64,000 nucleotides of DNA, taken from contig NZ_SNZP01000001.1 of assembly GCF_004363805.1 (NCBI RefSeq), positions 356,690-420,689 of the forward strand, given 5' to 3'. This stretch comes from Paludibacterium purpuratum (GTDB taxonomy: Bacteria > Pseudomonadota > Gammaproteobacteria > Burkholderiales > Chromobacteriaceae). The translations under genes and the position numbers were made by a program. Below the pieces are notes generated by a model. That model was not told where the DNA came from. It saw only the letters and a program-made list of their open reading frames with translations, and made no database searches. Position 1 is the stretch's first letter. Every line of letters begins with the position of its first letter. Below are positions 21,460-30,743 of this stretch, piece after piece.

Positions 21460-21570
21460 GCCATTGCGGGTGGCCTGGCGGGGGCAAGGTGGCGCAGAGG
21501 GTAATGAAAAAAACATGTTTTCGTGTATATTAATGCCGTTGGGCTAACGAAAACCTATAAAGGAAAAACC

Positions 21571-21831
21571 ATGTCTGATCTGCAAACCTTGTTCACCCAG
21601 GCCCAGGCCGATGTCAAAACGTTGTCCGAACGTCCGGACAACCAGACCCTGCTGCAACTGTACGCACTGTTCAAGCAAGCCAGCGAAGGCGACGCCCACG
21701 GCGAACGTCCGGGTGTGATGGATTTCATCAACCGCGCCAAGTTCGACGCTTGGGAAAAGCTCAAGGGCATGTCTGCCGACGCCGCCATGCAAGGCTATGT
21801 CGACGTGGTCAAGGGCTTGTTGGAAGCTTGA
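21571..21831 (+). CDS. Acyl-CoA-binding protein (ACBP)
   Basis: 86 aa. Matches the ACBP signature (…LYALFKQASEGD…KFDAWEKLKGMS…). AAGGAAAA ribosome-binding site before the ATG at 21571. Confidence 0.8.
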   Translation: MSDLQTLFTQAQADVKTLSERPDNQTLLQLYALFKQASEGDAHGERPGVMDFINRAKFDAWEKLKGMSADAAMQGYVDVVKGLLEA

Positions 21832-21838
21832 TGACACC

Positions 21839-21866
21839 GGGGTGGGCATCCCACCCCGTTTGTTTT
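21839..21866 (+). terminator. Rho-independent terminator after the ACBP gene
   Basis: Stem GGGGTGGG / CCCACCCC with a CAT loop, followed by GTTTGTTTT. Confidence 0.65.
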
Positions 21867-21978
21867 AGAACTCGGTATCCGTTTTTCTTCGCAAGGACAC
21901 TTCGAAATGAACACCCGCATCTGATCGCCCGTTTCCGGGCAAACCAACGTTCCATTGCCCACTGTGCGAGAGGTGTTC

Positions 21979-23379
21979 ATGTCGATGCTTCAATGGCAAG
22001 GCCTGTGCCTTGCCTTCCCCCACAAAACCTGTTTTTCCGATTTCACCGGCTCCCTGGACTGGGGACAACGTATCGCCATCGTCGGCGACAACGGCTGTGG
22101 CAAATCGTCGCTGTTACGCGTACTGGCCGGCCTGCAAACACCGTCCGAGGGCCATATCGAACGCGAGGCGGATTTGCGCATCGGCTACGTCGCGCAGGTA
22201 TTGGATGGCGACGCGGCGCTTTCCGGCGGCCAGCGTGTCAACCAGGCGCTAAGCCGGGCTTTGGCGGGCTACCCGGACCTGTTGTTGCTCGATGAGCCGA
22301 GCAACCACCTGGATGCCGATAACCGCCGCGCGATGTTGCGCATGCTGCGGCATTACACCGGTACCCTGGTGTTGGTAACCCACGATAGCGAGTGGATGGA
22401 TCGACTGTGCGACCGCGTGTGGATCGTCGAGGATGAGCGAGTAGAGGCATTCGGCGGCCGTTATCGCGACTACCTGGACGAGCGTGCCGCGCAGCACGCG
22501 GCGTTGCTGCGTTCGCGCGAACAACTGCGACGCGACCGACAGGCGACGCACGAGCGTCTGATGAAGGAACAGGAGCGCGCCAGCCACGCGCGCCAACGTG
22601 GCGAGACGGCGATCCGCGAGCGGCGCTGGGCCACCGTCAAATCGGCCGCCAAGCTCGGGCGCGGCAACACGACCGCCGGCGATAACCGTGCCGAGCTGCG
22701 TGCGCGCCGCGAGGACATTCAACACGAGCTGGCGCGTCTGTCGCCCGGCGCATCCGTCGATCCCGCTTTCTTTCTGCCGGCTGGCGGCCAGCGAGGCCGT
22801 GGCCCGGTGGTTCAAATCAGCGACGGGCAGTTCGGCTATGGCGTCGCGCTGGCAGCGCCGATCCACTGGGTGATCGAAGCCGGCGAACGCTGGCAGATCG
22901 CCGGCGCCAATGGTTGCGGTAAGTCGACACTGGCGCGCGCCTTGGCCGGCGAGCTAGCCTTGCGGCTGGGCGGCGGCTGGCTGACCCCGCCGTCGATGGA
23001 CATCGGCTATCTCGACCAACACTACGCCAATCTGCCGGCCGGCCGGACAGTACTGGACGCGCTGCGCGACCATGCCCCCGACTGGACGATCAGTGCCTTG
23101 CGCCACCATCTGAGTCGTTTCCTGTTCCGCCACGATGCGGCACTCGACGCGCCGGTCGAGACACTGTCGGGCGGCGAACGCGCCCGGCTGTCGCTTGCCT
23201 GCATCGCCGCACGCACCCCCCGGTTGCTGATTTTGGACGAAGTCAGCAATAACCTGGATGCGCGCTCGCGCCAACAGGTGGCCGAGATTCTGTGCGCCTA
23301 CCCGGGAACCTTGCTGTTGATCAGCCATGACGAGACCTTGTTGCAGCAGTTGACCGGCCTACGCCGGCTGGAAATGTAA
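21979..23379 (+). CDS. ABC-F family ATPase (two tandem ABC domains, no TMD)
   Basis: Two Walker A motifs (GDNGCGKSS, GANGCGKST) and two LSGGQ-type signatures, with a charged Arg/Glu-rich linker between them. GAGG precedes the ATG at 21979. Confidence 0.8.
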   Translation: MSMLQWQGLCLAFPHKTCFSDFTGSLDWGQRIAIVGDNGCGKSSLLRVLAGLQTPSEGHIEREADLRIGYVAQVLDGDAALSGGQRVNQALSRALAGYPDLLLLDEPSNHLDADNRRAMLRMLRHYTGTLVLVTHDSEWMDRLCDRVWIVEDERVEAFGGRYRDYLDERAAQHAALLRSREQLRRDRQATHERLMKEQERASHARQRGETAIRERRWATVKSAAKLGRGNTTAGDNRAELRARREDIQHELARLSPGASVDPAFFLPAGGQRGRGPVVQISDGQFGYGVALAAPIHWVIEAGERWQIAGANGCGKSTLARALAGELALRLGGGWLTPPSMDIGYLDQHYANLPAGRTVLDALRDHAPDWTISALRHHLSRFLFRHDAALDAPVETLSGGERARLSLACIAARTPRLLILDEVSNNLDARSRQQVAEILCAYPGTLLLISHDETLLQQLTGLRRLEM

Positions 23380-23550
23380 AGCGCTTTAGCGGCCTGGGCG
23401 CTACGGATCGCTATACGGGGCTGTGGCGGCAAAACCGCCGATCAATCCGAGCTTCACTGATATGGCGCAGAAAATGCGCTGACAATTTTGCCCACAGCGG
23501 CGGCCTTCCATGTTGTAATGGCGGAAATTTACCGAACAGGCAGGTTATGC

Positions 23551-24633
23551 ATGCCGATGCATCCTTTTCGATACGAGCGTCGGCTGGTCCTGAAGTGGGG
23601 AACCGTCATTACCATGAGTACCTTGTTATCCGCCTGCGGTACGCCGAAGGAGGCGGGCGAACCACGGCCGATCGCGCGTCTGATGGCGCTGGGTGGGCCG
23701 ATGAACGATCCGGCTCGCGCCAAGCGCGGCGTCGACGCCCTGCATGCGCTCGGTTTCGAAGTCGATAATCTGTCCGTGTTGGCGCGGCGCCATTCGCGCT
23801 TTGCCGGCACCATCGCCGAACGCGCCGCCGATCTCAATGCCCTGGCCGATCCGGCCGAGGCGATGCCGGAACTGATCGTCGCCACCCGCGGCGGTTACGG
23901 CGCCATCCAAGTGCTGGAACACCTCGATTTCGACCGGCTGTGTCCGCGACTGATAAGTAGCGGCACCGTGCTCATGGGCTATAGCGATAACACCGCGGCG
24001 CAGCTGGCGCTATTGACCCGCGGTGGCGTGGTCTCCTGGTCCGGCCCGATGCTGTACGGCGATTTCGCCGCACAGCCGACCTCGGCATTCACCATGAATT
24101 GGCTGCGCCAGGCGCTCGCCGCCGGACGTTTCTCGTTGCGTGTCGATGCGCCGCAGAAGGCGGCGGCCACGCGTCTCCACGGCACCCTGTGGGGCGGTAA
24201 TCTGACGGTGCTGACCAGTCTGGTCGGCACGCCGTGGCTGCCCGCGCTGTCGGACGGCATCCTGTTCATCGAAGACGTCGGCGAAGACGTCTACAAAGCC
24301 GACCGCATGCTCGAACAGTTGCGACAGGCCGGGATACTCAGCCGACAGCGTGCCATCTTGTTCGGTCATTTCTCCGGTCAGCGCCAGGACGGTTACGATC
24401 CCGACGGCTATACCATGGATCGGCTGATCGAGCGGGTCGCCGCCCAGACCGGCGTGCCTGCCTTCACCGGCCTGCCCATCGGCCACGTGGCCGACATCGT
24501 GCCGTTGCCGATCGGCGGGCAAGGCGAATTGATCGCCGACGTCGACGGTTTTACTCTCAATGTCAGCGGCGCGCCGGCACTCAAGCGCCTGCCCGTCGCC
24601 TGGATCGAGCCCACTGCGGCTAGCTCCCTGTAA
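23551..24633 (+). CDS. ldcA: LD-carboxypeptidase (peptidase S66, LdcA family), probably a lipoprotein
   Basis: S66 family homology throughout. N-terminal …GTVITMSTLLSAC resembles a lipobox signal. Start codon uncertain (23551, 23557 or 23614). Confidence 0.7.
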   Translation: MPMHPFRYERRLVLKWGTVITMSTLLSACGTPKEAGEPRPIARLMALGGPMNDPARAKRGVDALHALGFEVDNLSVLARRHSRFAGTIAERAADLNALADPAEAMPELIVATRGGYGAIQVLEHLDFDRLCPRLISSGTVLMGYSDNTAAQLALLTRGGVVSWSGPMLYGDFAAQPTSAFTMNWLRQALAAGRFSLRVDAPQKAAATRLHGTLWGGNLTVLTSLVGTPWLPALSDGILFIEDVGEDVYKADRMLEQLRQAGILSRQRAILFGHFSGQRQDGYDPDGYTMDRLIERVAAQTGVPAFTGLPIGHVADIVPLPIGGQGELIADVDGFTLNVSGAPALKRLPVAWIEPTAASSL

Positions 24634-24649
24634 GGAAAGAACCCCATCC

Positions 24650-25561
24650 ATGGAAACTCGCTGGCTGGAAGATTTCATTGTGCTGGCCGAAAGCGGCAGC
24701 TTCACCCGTTCGGCGCAGGCGCGTCATCTGACCCAACCGGCCTTCTCGCGTCGCATCAAGGCGCTGGAAAGCTGGGTCGGCTGCGATTTGATCGATCGTA
24801 GCAGCTACCCGACTCGACTCACGCCAGCGGGCGAGGTGTTCAAGGAGCAGGCGGTCGCCATGCTCAACCAGATTCACGCCACCCGCGCGTTGATGCAAGG
24901 TATGCGGCCGCTGCCGGAAGACACCATGGAGTTCGCGGTGCCGCACACCTTGTCGTTCTCGTTCTTCCCCAAATGGCTGTCGCGGGTGCAGGATGGCTTC
25001 GGCGACCTGTCCTGCCGTCTGCAGGCGAGTAATGTGCACGACGCCCTGTTGGCCTTTGTCGAAGGCGGCTGCGATTTGCTGATGTGCTATCACCATCCCA
25101 AGCAGCCGGTCGAATTGTCCGGCGACCGCTATGCCGGTCTCAATCTTGGCGTCGAGCGGCTGATGCCCTATGCCAAGAGCGACGCGCAAGGACTGCCCGA
25201 GTTCAGCCTGCCCGGCAGCGCCAAGGCGGCGCTACCGTTCCTCGGCTATGCCGCCAACGCCTATTTCCGCCTGATGACCGAACTCATCATGGAAAACGCC
25301 CCCGAACCTTGTCACCTGCATCAGCGCTACGAGACCGATATGGCCGAGGGCCTGAAGAACATGGTGCTGGAAGGTCACGGTGTGGCTTTTCTGCCCGACA
25401 GCACCGTCGAGCGCGAACTAGCGGCCGGACAATTGGTTCCGGCGGCCGATGCGCGCTGGGGGGTCGATATGGAAATCCGGCTCTATCGCGACTTGAAGCG
25501 CAGCCGGCCGGCATTGGAGTCGTTCTGGCAATATCTCCAGGGCCAATATCCCGCCGTCTAA
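24650..25561 (+). CDS. LysR-family transcriptional regulator
   Basis: N-terminal LysR wHTH (LEDFIVLAESGSFTRSAQARHLTQPAFSRRIKALE) and a substrate-binding domain. Immediately upstream of aspA. Confidence 0.85.
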   Translation: METRWLEDFIVLAESGSFTRSAQARHLTQPAFSRRIKALESWVGCDLIDRSSYPTRLTPAGEVFKEQAVAMLNQIHATRALMQGMRPLPEDTMEFAVPHTLSFSFFPKWLSRVQDGFGDLSCRLQASNVHDALLAFVEGGCDLLMCYHHPKQPVELSGDRYAGLNLGVERLMPYAKSDAQGLPEFSLPGSAKAALPFLGYAANAYFRLMTELIMENAPEPCHLHQRYETDMAEGLKNMVLEGHGVAFLPDSTVERELAAGQLVPAADARWGVDMEIRLYRDLKRSRPALESFWQYLQGQYPAV

Positions 25562-25688
25562 GGTTCGGAGGAACCTTGGGTATCTATGCATTTAATGCAT
25601 GGACAAATCGATAATCGGGATTGGCCAACGTCATGGAACGCGGCTTAGAGTGCTTGCCATCAACCCTCGTTGTGGACAAGGAAATATC

Positions 25689-27092
25689 ATGAGCACTCGT
25701 GTTGAACATGACCTGATTGGCGAACGTGAAGTCCCCGCAGCCGTTTACTGGGGTATCCACACGCTACGCGCACTGGAAAACTTCTCGATTACCGGCAAGA
25801 CCATCTCCAGCTACCACGATCTGATCGTTGCGCTCGCCGCGATCAAGCAGGCGGCCGCGATGGCCAACCGCGATCTGGGGCTGTTGGACGACAAGATCGC
25901 CGGCGCCATCATCGAGGCCTGCGAACAGATCCGCGCCGGCCGCTGGCACGAACAGTTCGTGGTCGACGTCATTCAGGGCGGTGCCGGTACCTCCACCAAC
26001 ATGAATGCCAATGAAGTGATCGCCAACGTGGCGCTGGAAATCCTCGGCCACAAGAAAGGCGATTACGACTTCCTGCATCCGAACGAGCACGTCAATCTGA
26101 GCCAAAGCACCAACGACGTCTATCCGACCTCGCTGCGCCTTGCCAGCTGCTTCGGTGTGGCCCGCCTGATCGCCTCGATGCAGAACCTGCAAAACGCCTT
26201 CGCGGAAAAGTCGCTGGAGTTCAAGGACATCCTGAAGATGGGCCGTACCCAGCTGCAGGACGCGGTTCCGATGACGCTGGGTCAGGAATTCCAGACCTAC
26301 GCCGTGATGCTGGGCGAAGACCGTCAACGCCTGGAAGAAGCGTGCACCCTGATGCACGAGATCAATATGGGTGCCACCGCCATCGGCACCGGCATCAATA
26401 GCCATCCGGACTATGCCCGCCTGATCTGCCAACACCTGGCCAAGCTGACCGGGCTGGAACTGATCACCGCACCGAACCTGATCGAAGCCACCCAAGACTG
26501 CGGCGCCTTCGTCCAGTTGTCCGGCGTGCTCAAGCGCGTGGCAGTCAAGCTGTCCAAGACCTGCAACGACTTGCGTCTGTTGTCTTCCGGCCCGCGCGCC
26601 GGCATGGGCGAAATCAACCTGCCGGCACGCCAAGCCGGTTCCTCGATCATGCCGGGCAAGGTCAACCCGGTGATCCCGGAAGTGGTCAACCAAGTCGCCT
26701 TCGAAGTGATCGGCAACGACGTGACCGTCAGCTTCGCCGCGGAAGGCGGCCAGCTGCAGCTCAACGCTTTCGAGCCGGTTATCGCCTACAGCGTGTTCAA
26801 TAGCGTCAACCACCTGCGCGCAGCTTGCGACACCCTGACCGAAAACTGCGTACGCGGCATTACCGCCAACGGCGAATATCTGCGCCACCTGGTGGAAAAC
26901 TCCGTCGGCCTGGTGACCGCGCTCAGCCCGTTCATCGGCTACTCGGCCGCCAACGAAGTCGCCGCCGAAGCCCATGCCAAGGGTGGCAGTGTTGCACAAA
27001 TCGTACTGGCACGCGGCCTGATGACCCGTAAGGAACTCGACGCCGTTTTACAGCCTGAGGCACTGACGCAGCCGCGTTGGGTCAAGGCCTGA
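25689..27092 (+). CDS. aspA: Aspartate ammonia-lyase
   Basis: Fumarase/aspartase family with the signature GSSIMPGKVNP. The N-terminus MSTRVEHDLIGEREVP is typical of AspA. Confidence 0.88.
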   Translation: MSTRVEHDLIGEREVPAAVYWGIHTLRALENFSITGKTISSYHDLIVALAAIKQAAAMANRDLGLLDDKIAGAIIEACEQIRAGRWHEQFVVDVIQGGAGTSTNMNANEVIANVALEILGHKKGDYDFLHPNEHVNLSQSTNDVYPTSLRLASCFGVARLIASMQNLQNAFAEKSLEFKDILKMGRTQLQDAVPMTLGQEFQTYAVMLGEDRQRLEEACTLMHEINMGATAIGTGINSHPDYARLICQHLAKLTGLELITAPNLIEATQDCGAFVQLSGVLKRVAVKLSKTCNDLRLLSSGPRAGMGEINLPARQAGSSIMPGKVNPVIPEVVNQVAFEVIGNDVTVSFAAEGGQLQLNAFEPVIAYSVFNSVNHLRAACDTLTENCVRGITANGEYLRHLVENSVGLVTALSPFIGYSAANEVAAEAHAKGGSVAQIVLARGLMTRKELDAVLQPEALTQPRWVKA

Positions 27093-27143
27093 TAGTATTC
27101 ACCCTTGTCCGGCGGTCCTGTCCTGGCGCCGGACGCTTTTCTT

Positions 27144-27176
27144 CGGCAGACTCGTTTGGGTCTGCCGTTTTTTTTT
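27144..27176. terminator. Bidirectional intrinsic terminator between the convergent aspA and LysR genes
   Basis: Stem CGGCAGAC / GTCTGCCG followed by T9. The complementary A-run serves the minus-strand gene. Confidence 0.7.
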
Positions 27177-27184
27177 GCATTCGT

Positions 27185-28120
27185 TCAAGCGCCGAACAGG
27201 TGAGCGGCTTCCTCGGTAATCACTGTCCTGACGAATCCCTGCAGTAAGTCGCCCGATAGCCTCGGGTGCCACACCATCTCGATATCGATATGCAAATCCG
27301 GCTCGTCGATCGCCACTTGCCGTAGCGCCGGATGTCGTTGGCTCAGATAAGCCGCCATGGCATCCGGCAATACCGCCACCGCCGCCATCGACTCCAGCAG
27401 TTCCGGCATCGCCAGCAGACTTGCGCCACGCGCCACGACCCGGCGCGCCAACCCGTGTGCACGCAGGCCGCGCTCGATCAGGCCGTCGCCATCGCCGGCA
27501 TACGAGGTGTGCAGATGCACCACTTCGGCCAGATCCGCCAAGCCGAGCCGCTCGGGTAGCGTCAGCAGGGCGGGGTGGTATAGCGCGATGAAGCGCGAAC
27601 GAAACAGTGCCTGGCGCGGCAGCCGCGTGCTCAAGCCGGGGAAATAGCCGATCGCGCAGCCGATGCGCCCATCTTCCAGTGCCGCCTCGACTTGGCGGGC
27701 CGCCATGGCCTCGATCGATAGGTTCAAGCCTGGCGCTTGGCCATGCAACGAACGCAAAACATTGGGCAGCAGTACCGCCTCCAGCAAATCCGGCATGGCC
27801 AGCTGCACGGTCGCGATGGCCGCTGCCGGGTCGAAGGCCGCCGTCGAGAGAAACAATCGCTGCGCCTCGGCCAGCCACGCCTGTAGTGGCTGGCGCAGCG
27901 ATTGCGCCAGCGGTGTCAGCGCCATACCGCGCCCGTGGCGGTAGAGCAGTTCGTCGCCCAGCTCCGAGCGCAAGTGCTTGAGCACATGGCTGACCGCCGG
28001 TTGGCCCAGGCAAAGCCGCTCGGCGCTCAGACTGACGCTGCCGGTCTGCAACAGCGAATGCAGCACCACCAACGCGTTCAAATCCAGGCGGCGTAAACGC
28101 ACGCTATTAATATTATCCAT
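27185..28120 (-). CDS. LysR-family transcriptional regulator
   Basis: wHTH MDNINSVRLRRLDLNALVVLHSLLQTGSVSLSAERL…. Divergent from the MFS gene. Start at 28120 (MDNIN) or 28180. Confidence 0.8.
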   Translation of the reverse strand: MDNINSVRLRRLDLNALVVLHSLLQTGSVSLSAERLCLGQPAVSHVLKHLRSELGDELLYRHGRGMALTPLAQSLRQPLQAWLAEAQRLFLSTAAFDPAAAIATVQLAMPDLLEAVLLPNVLRSLHGQAPGLNLSIEAMAARQVEAALEDGRIGCAIGYFPGLSTRLPRQALFRSRFIALYHPALLTLPERLGLADLAEVVHLHTSYAGDGDGLIERGLRAHGLARRVVARGASLLAMPELLESMAAVAVLPDAMAAYLSQRHPALRQVAIDEPDLHIDIEMVWHPRLSGDLLQGFVRTVITEEAAHLFGA

Positions 28121-28206
28121 TTCGATTTTATGTATTAAATCTATTGATTTTTTGAATATTAATGACGTCATTATACTCAAACCATTGATCTCATTGGTTA
28201 CTTGTC

Positions 28207-29718
28207 ATGTCGTCCTCTCCCTCGCCCGATCGCAGCTTGCCACTGCACATCCTGTGCATCATGGCCGTCGCCGCCATCGAGTTTATCCAGAACGGCATGC
28301 TCAACTTCGCCGCCAGCGACGTCATGGGGGGGATCGGCGCCGGGCCGGAGGAATTCAGCTACGCGGCCATGGCCTATGCCAGCGCCGCTATCGTCGCGCT
28401 GAGTCAGCAGCGGCGGCTGAGCCTGGCGTTCGGCCCACGCCGCTTATTGCGTTTCTCGATGCTGTGCTTCGCCGCCGGCGCCGTGGTCTGCGGTACCGCC
28501 CACGGCCCGGCGGACTTTATCGTCGGGCGGGCGTTGCAAGGGCTTGGCGCGGCTGCGTTCTTCACCGGTGCGCGCGTCGAGGTCAATCGCTTACCCGAAC
28601 GGCAGCGCACCGCCGCCTTGCTCGGTTTCGGCTATGCCTTGCTGGGCGGCTCGGCGCTCGGGCCGCTGCTGGGCAGCCTGGCGCTGACACTGGCCAACTG
28701 GCGCTGGCTGTGTCTCGGCATCCTCCCGTGGACCGCGCTGGGCGCGCTGGCCAGTGGCCGTTTTGCGCTACGCGACGACATCGCCTACCAGGCCGGGCAT
28801 GCCACCCCGCGCGCGCTGTGGTGGTTCGCAGCATCGGTGCTGCTATTGCAGTATCTGATCCAACAGACGCCCTATGACTTTTTCGGCCGCCCCGACATTC
28901 TGCTCGTCGTGCTCTCCGGCCTGCTACTTGCCGCCGTATTTTGGCTGCGTCGCGCGCGCCCGAGCGGCGTAGGCGCCCTATGGCGCCAACTGGCGCGTCG
29001 GCGCTATTTGATCGGCTTGCTGTACTACTTTCTCTGCTACACCATGGTGGCGGCCAACAGTTACATCATGCCGCTGTTGGTACAACAAGGACTGGGCTTC
29101 AACGTGCCGACCACCGGCATCCTGCTGTCGACCAGTTTTCTGGCCGGCATCGTCTGCGCCAGTGTCTACGCCGTGCTGCTGGCGCGCGGGCGGGTTGCAA
29201 CGCTCAAGCCGGTGATGGTGTTGGGGATGCTGTTGTTGGCCGGCTACGGCCTATTGATGAGCGGGCTGAACCCGGACGCGCCGGTTTGGCGCATCGCCGT
29301 CATTCTGTTCCTCAATGGCGGTTTCATGTCGGTATTCATCATCGCCGTGGCGCAGGGTACCTTCAGCGCAGTCGATCCGGCCGCGTTCTCGCACGCCTAC
29401 CAGAGCAAGAACATCATCCGCCAAGTGGCGCTGTCCAGTGCCGTATCGCTCAGTACCGTGTTCATCCAGGGGCGCAACGCGTTGCATTACAACCGGCTGA
29501 GCGAACGTTTCGACGCCGGTAGCCCATGGCTGGCCGATGCCCTGGCCCAGATCCGCATCGCATTGCCCAGTTTCGATACCCCGCATGCCATGGGCTTGTT
29601 GAGCGGCGAATTGACGCGTCAGTCGCTGATGCTGTCTTGCTTGGAGTTTTATCGCTTGGAAATGTGGTTGGGGCTTGGCATGGCGCTGCTCTTGTCATTG
29701 CAGCGGACGTTTCGCTGA
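28207..29718 (+). CDS. MFS transporter (14-TMS drug:H+ antiporter-like)
   Basis: About 500 aa, polytopic, MFS motif GRALQGLGAAAFF. Divergent from the LysR gene. Confidence 0.75.
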   Translation: MSSSPSPDRSLPLHILCIMAVAAIEFIQNGMLNFAASDVMGGIGAGPEEFSYAAMAYASAAIVALSQQRRLSLAFGPRRLLRFSMLCFAAGAVVCGTAHGPADFIVGRALQGLGAAAFFTGARVEVNRLPERQRTAALLGFGYALLGGSALGPLLGSLALTLANWRWLCLGILPWTALGALASGRFALRDDIAYQAGHATPRALWWFAASVLLLQYLIQQTPYDFFGRPDILLVVLSGLLLAAVFWLRRARPSGVGALWRQLARRRYLIGLLYYFLCYTMVAANSYIMPLLVQQGLGFNVPTTGILLSTSFLAGIVCASVYAVLLARGRVATLKPVMVLGMLLLAGYGLLMSGLNPDAPVWRIAVILFLNGGFMSVFIIAVAQGTFSAVDPAAFSHAYQSKNIIRQVALSSAVSLSTVFIQGRNALHYNRLSERFDAGSPWLADALAQIRIALPSFDTPHAMGLLSGELTRQSLMLSCLEFYRLEMWLGLGMALLLSLQRTFR

Positions 29719-29779
29719 ACGATTGGCTTGGCCAGGCCCGATCTGACACGACACGGCGGATGGCCGTATCATTGTCGCC

Positions 29780-30694
29780 ATGAGTCAGTCGAACGCCCCG
29801 GTGCCCATCCGTCATGGTCTATCCCCCAGCCAGCTCCACCTGCCGCCAGGTCAGTGGCCGTCGCTGTTGGCTTTTCTGCTGCAGCGCTTCCCCCATGTGG
29901 ATGCACTGGCTTGGCGTCAGCGCTTAGCCGACGGGCTGGTATTCGATCAGCAAGGTCGACCGTTTCGTTTGGAAAGCGCCTACCCGGCCAATCAGCGCAT
30001 TTGGTACTACCGCGAGGTCGCGACGGAGGTCGCCGTGCCCTTTGCCGCGCCGGTGCTCTATCGCGACCAGAGGCTGGTGGTGGCCGACAAACCGCATTTG
30101 CTGGCCTGTATGCCGGCCGGCCGCCATGTCCAGGAAACGCTGCTGACTCGGTTACGTACCACGTTGGCACTACCCGAACTGAGCCCCATCCACCGCCTAG
30201 ACCGCGAGACGGCGGGGGTGATCCTGTTTTGCGTTCGCCGGGACGACCGTGGCGCCTACCAGCAGCTATTCCAGCAGCACCAAGTCCAGAAGGAGTACGA
30301 GGCCATTGCAGGCTTTCGCCCGGATCTGGCGTTGCCGACAGTGCGGCGCAGCCGGTTGCAGGAACGGCGCGATACTTTTTTGATGACCGAGGTGGCCGGC
30401 GGCGAGGTTAACAGCGAGACACGGATCGAGCTGATCGAGCGGCGCGGGGCATTGGCACGCTACCGGCTCATCCCGCAGACAGGCAAAAAACACCAATTAC
30501 GCGCCCATCTGGCGGCGATGGGCATCGCTATCCACGGGGATCCCTGGTATCCCGAGATGTTACCCGCCAGACCCGACGACGACTTTTCCTCCCACCTATT
30601 GCTGCTCGCGCGCGCCATCTCCTTTGTCGACCCTTTCGATGGTAGCGTTCGCAGCTATCGCAGCACGCGCACGCTGGCTTGGCCGGAAAGTTAG
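29780..30694 (+). CDS. RluA-family pseudouridine synthase
   Basis: Catalytic motif HRLDRETAGVILF and an RluA-family core. No S4 domain. Confidence 0.8.
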   Translation: MSQSNAPVPIRHGLSPSQLHLPPGQWPSLLAFLLQRFPHVDALAWRQRLADGLVFDQQGRPFRLESAYPANQRIWYYREVATEVAVPFAAPVLYRDQRLVVADKPHLLACMPAGRHVQETLLTRLRTTLALPELSPIHRLDRETAGVILFCVRRDDRGAYQQLFQQHQVQKEYEAIAGFRPDLALPTVRRSRLQERRDTFLMTEVAGGEVNSETRIELIERRGALARYRLIPQTGKKHQLRAHLAAMGIAIHGDPWYPEMLPARPDDDFSSHLLLLARAISFVDPFDGSVRSYRSTRTLAWPES

Positions 30695-30743
30695 GATGCT
30701 CAACCCGCGCCTGCCGGTTTGACGGCAGGCGCGGCGTGTTGCA

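Noticed and set aside
21750-22295. 181-aa + strand ORF bridging the ACBP and ABC-F genes
   Set aside because: Overlaps the 3' end of one gene and the 5' end of the other out of frame. Crosses a clear terminator hairpin (21839-21866). Arg-rich.
25764-26999. 411-aa minus-strand ORF antisense to aspA
   Set aside because: aspA is firmly identified on the + strand. Antisense ORF has no homology.
27099-28013. 304-aa minus-strand ORF overlapping the LysR gene in a different frame
   Set aside because: Same strand but out of frame with the well-supported LysR regulator. Gly/Ala/Arg-rich.
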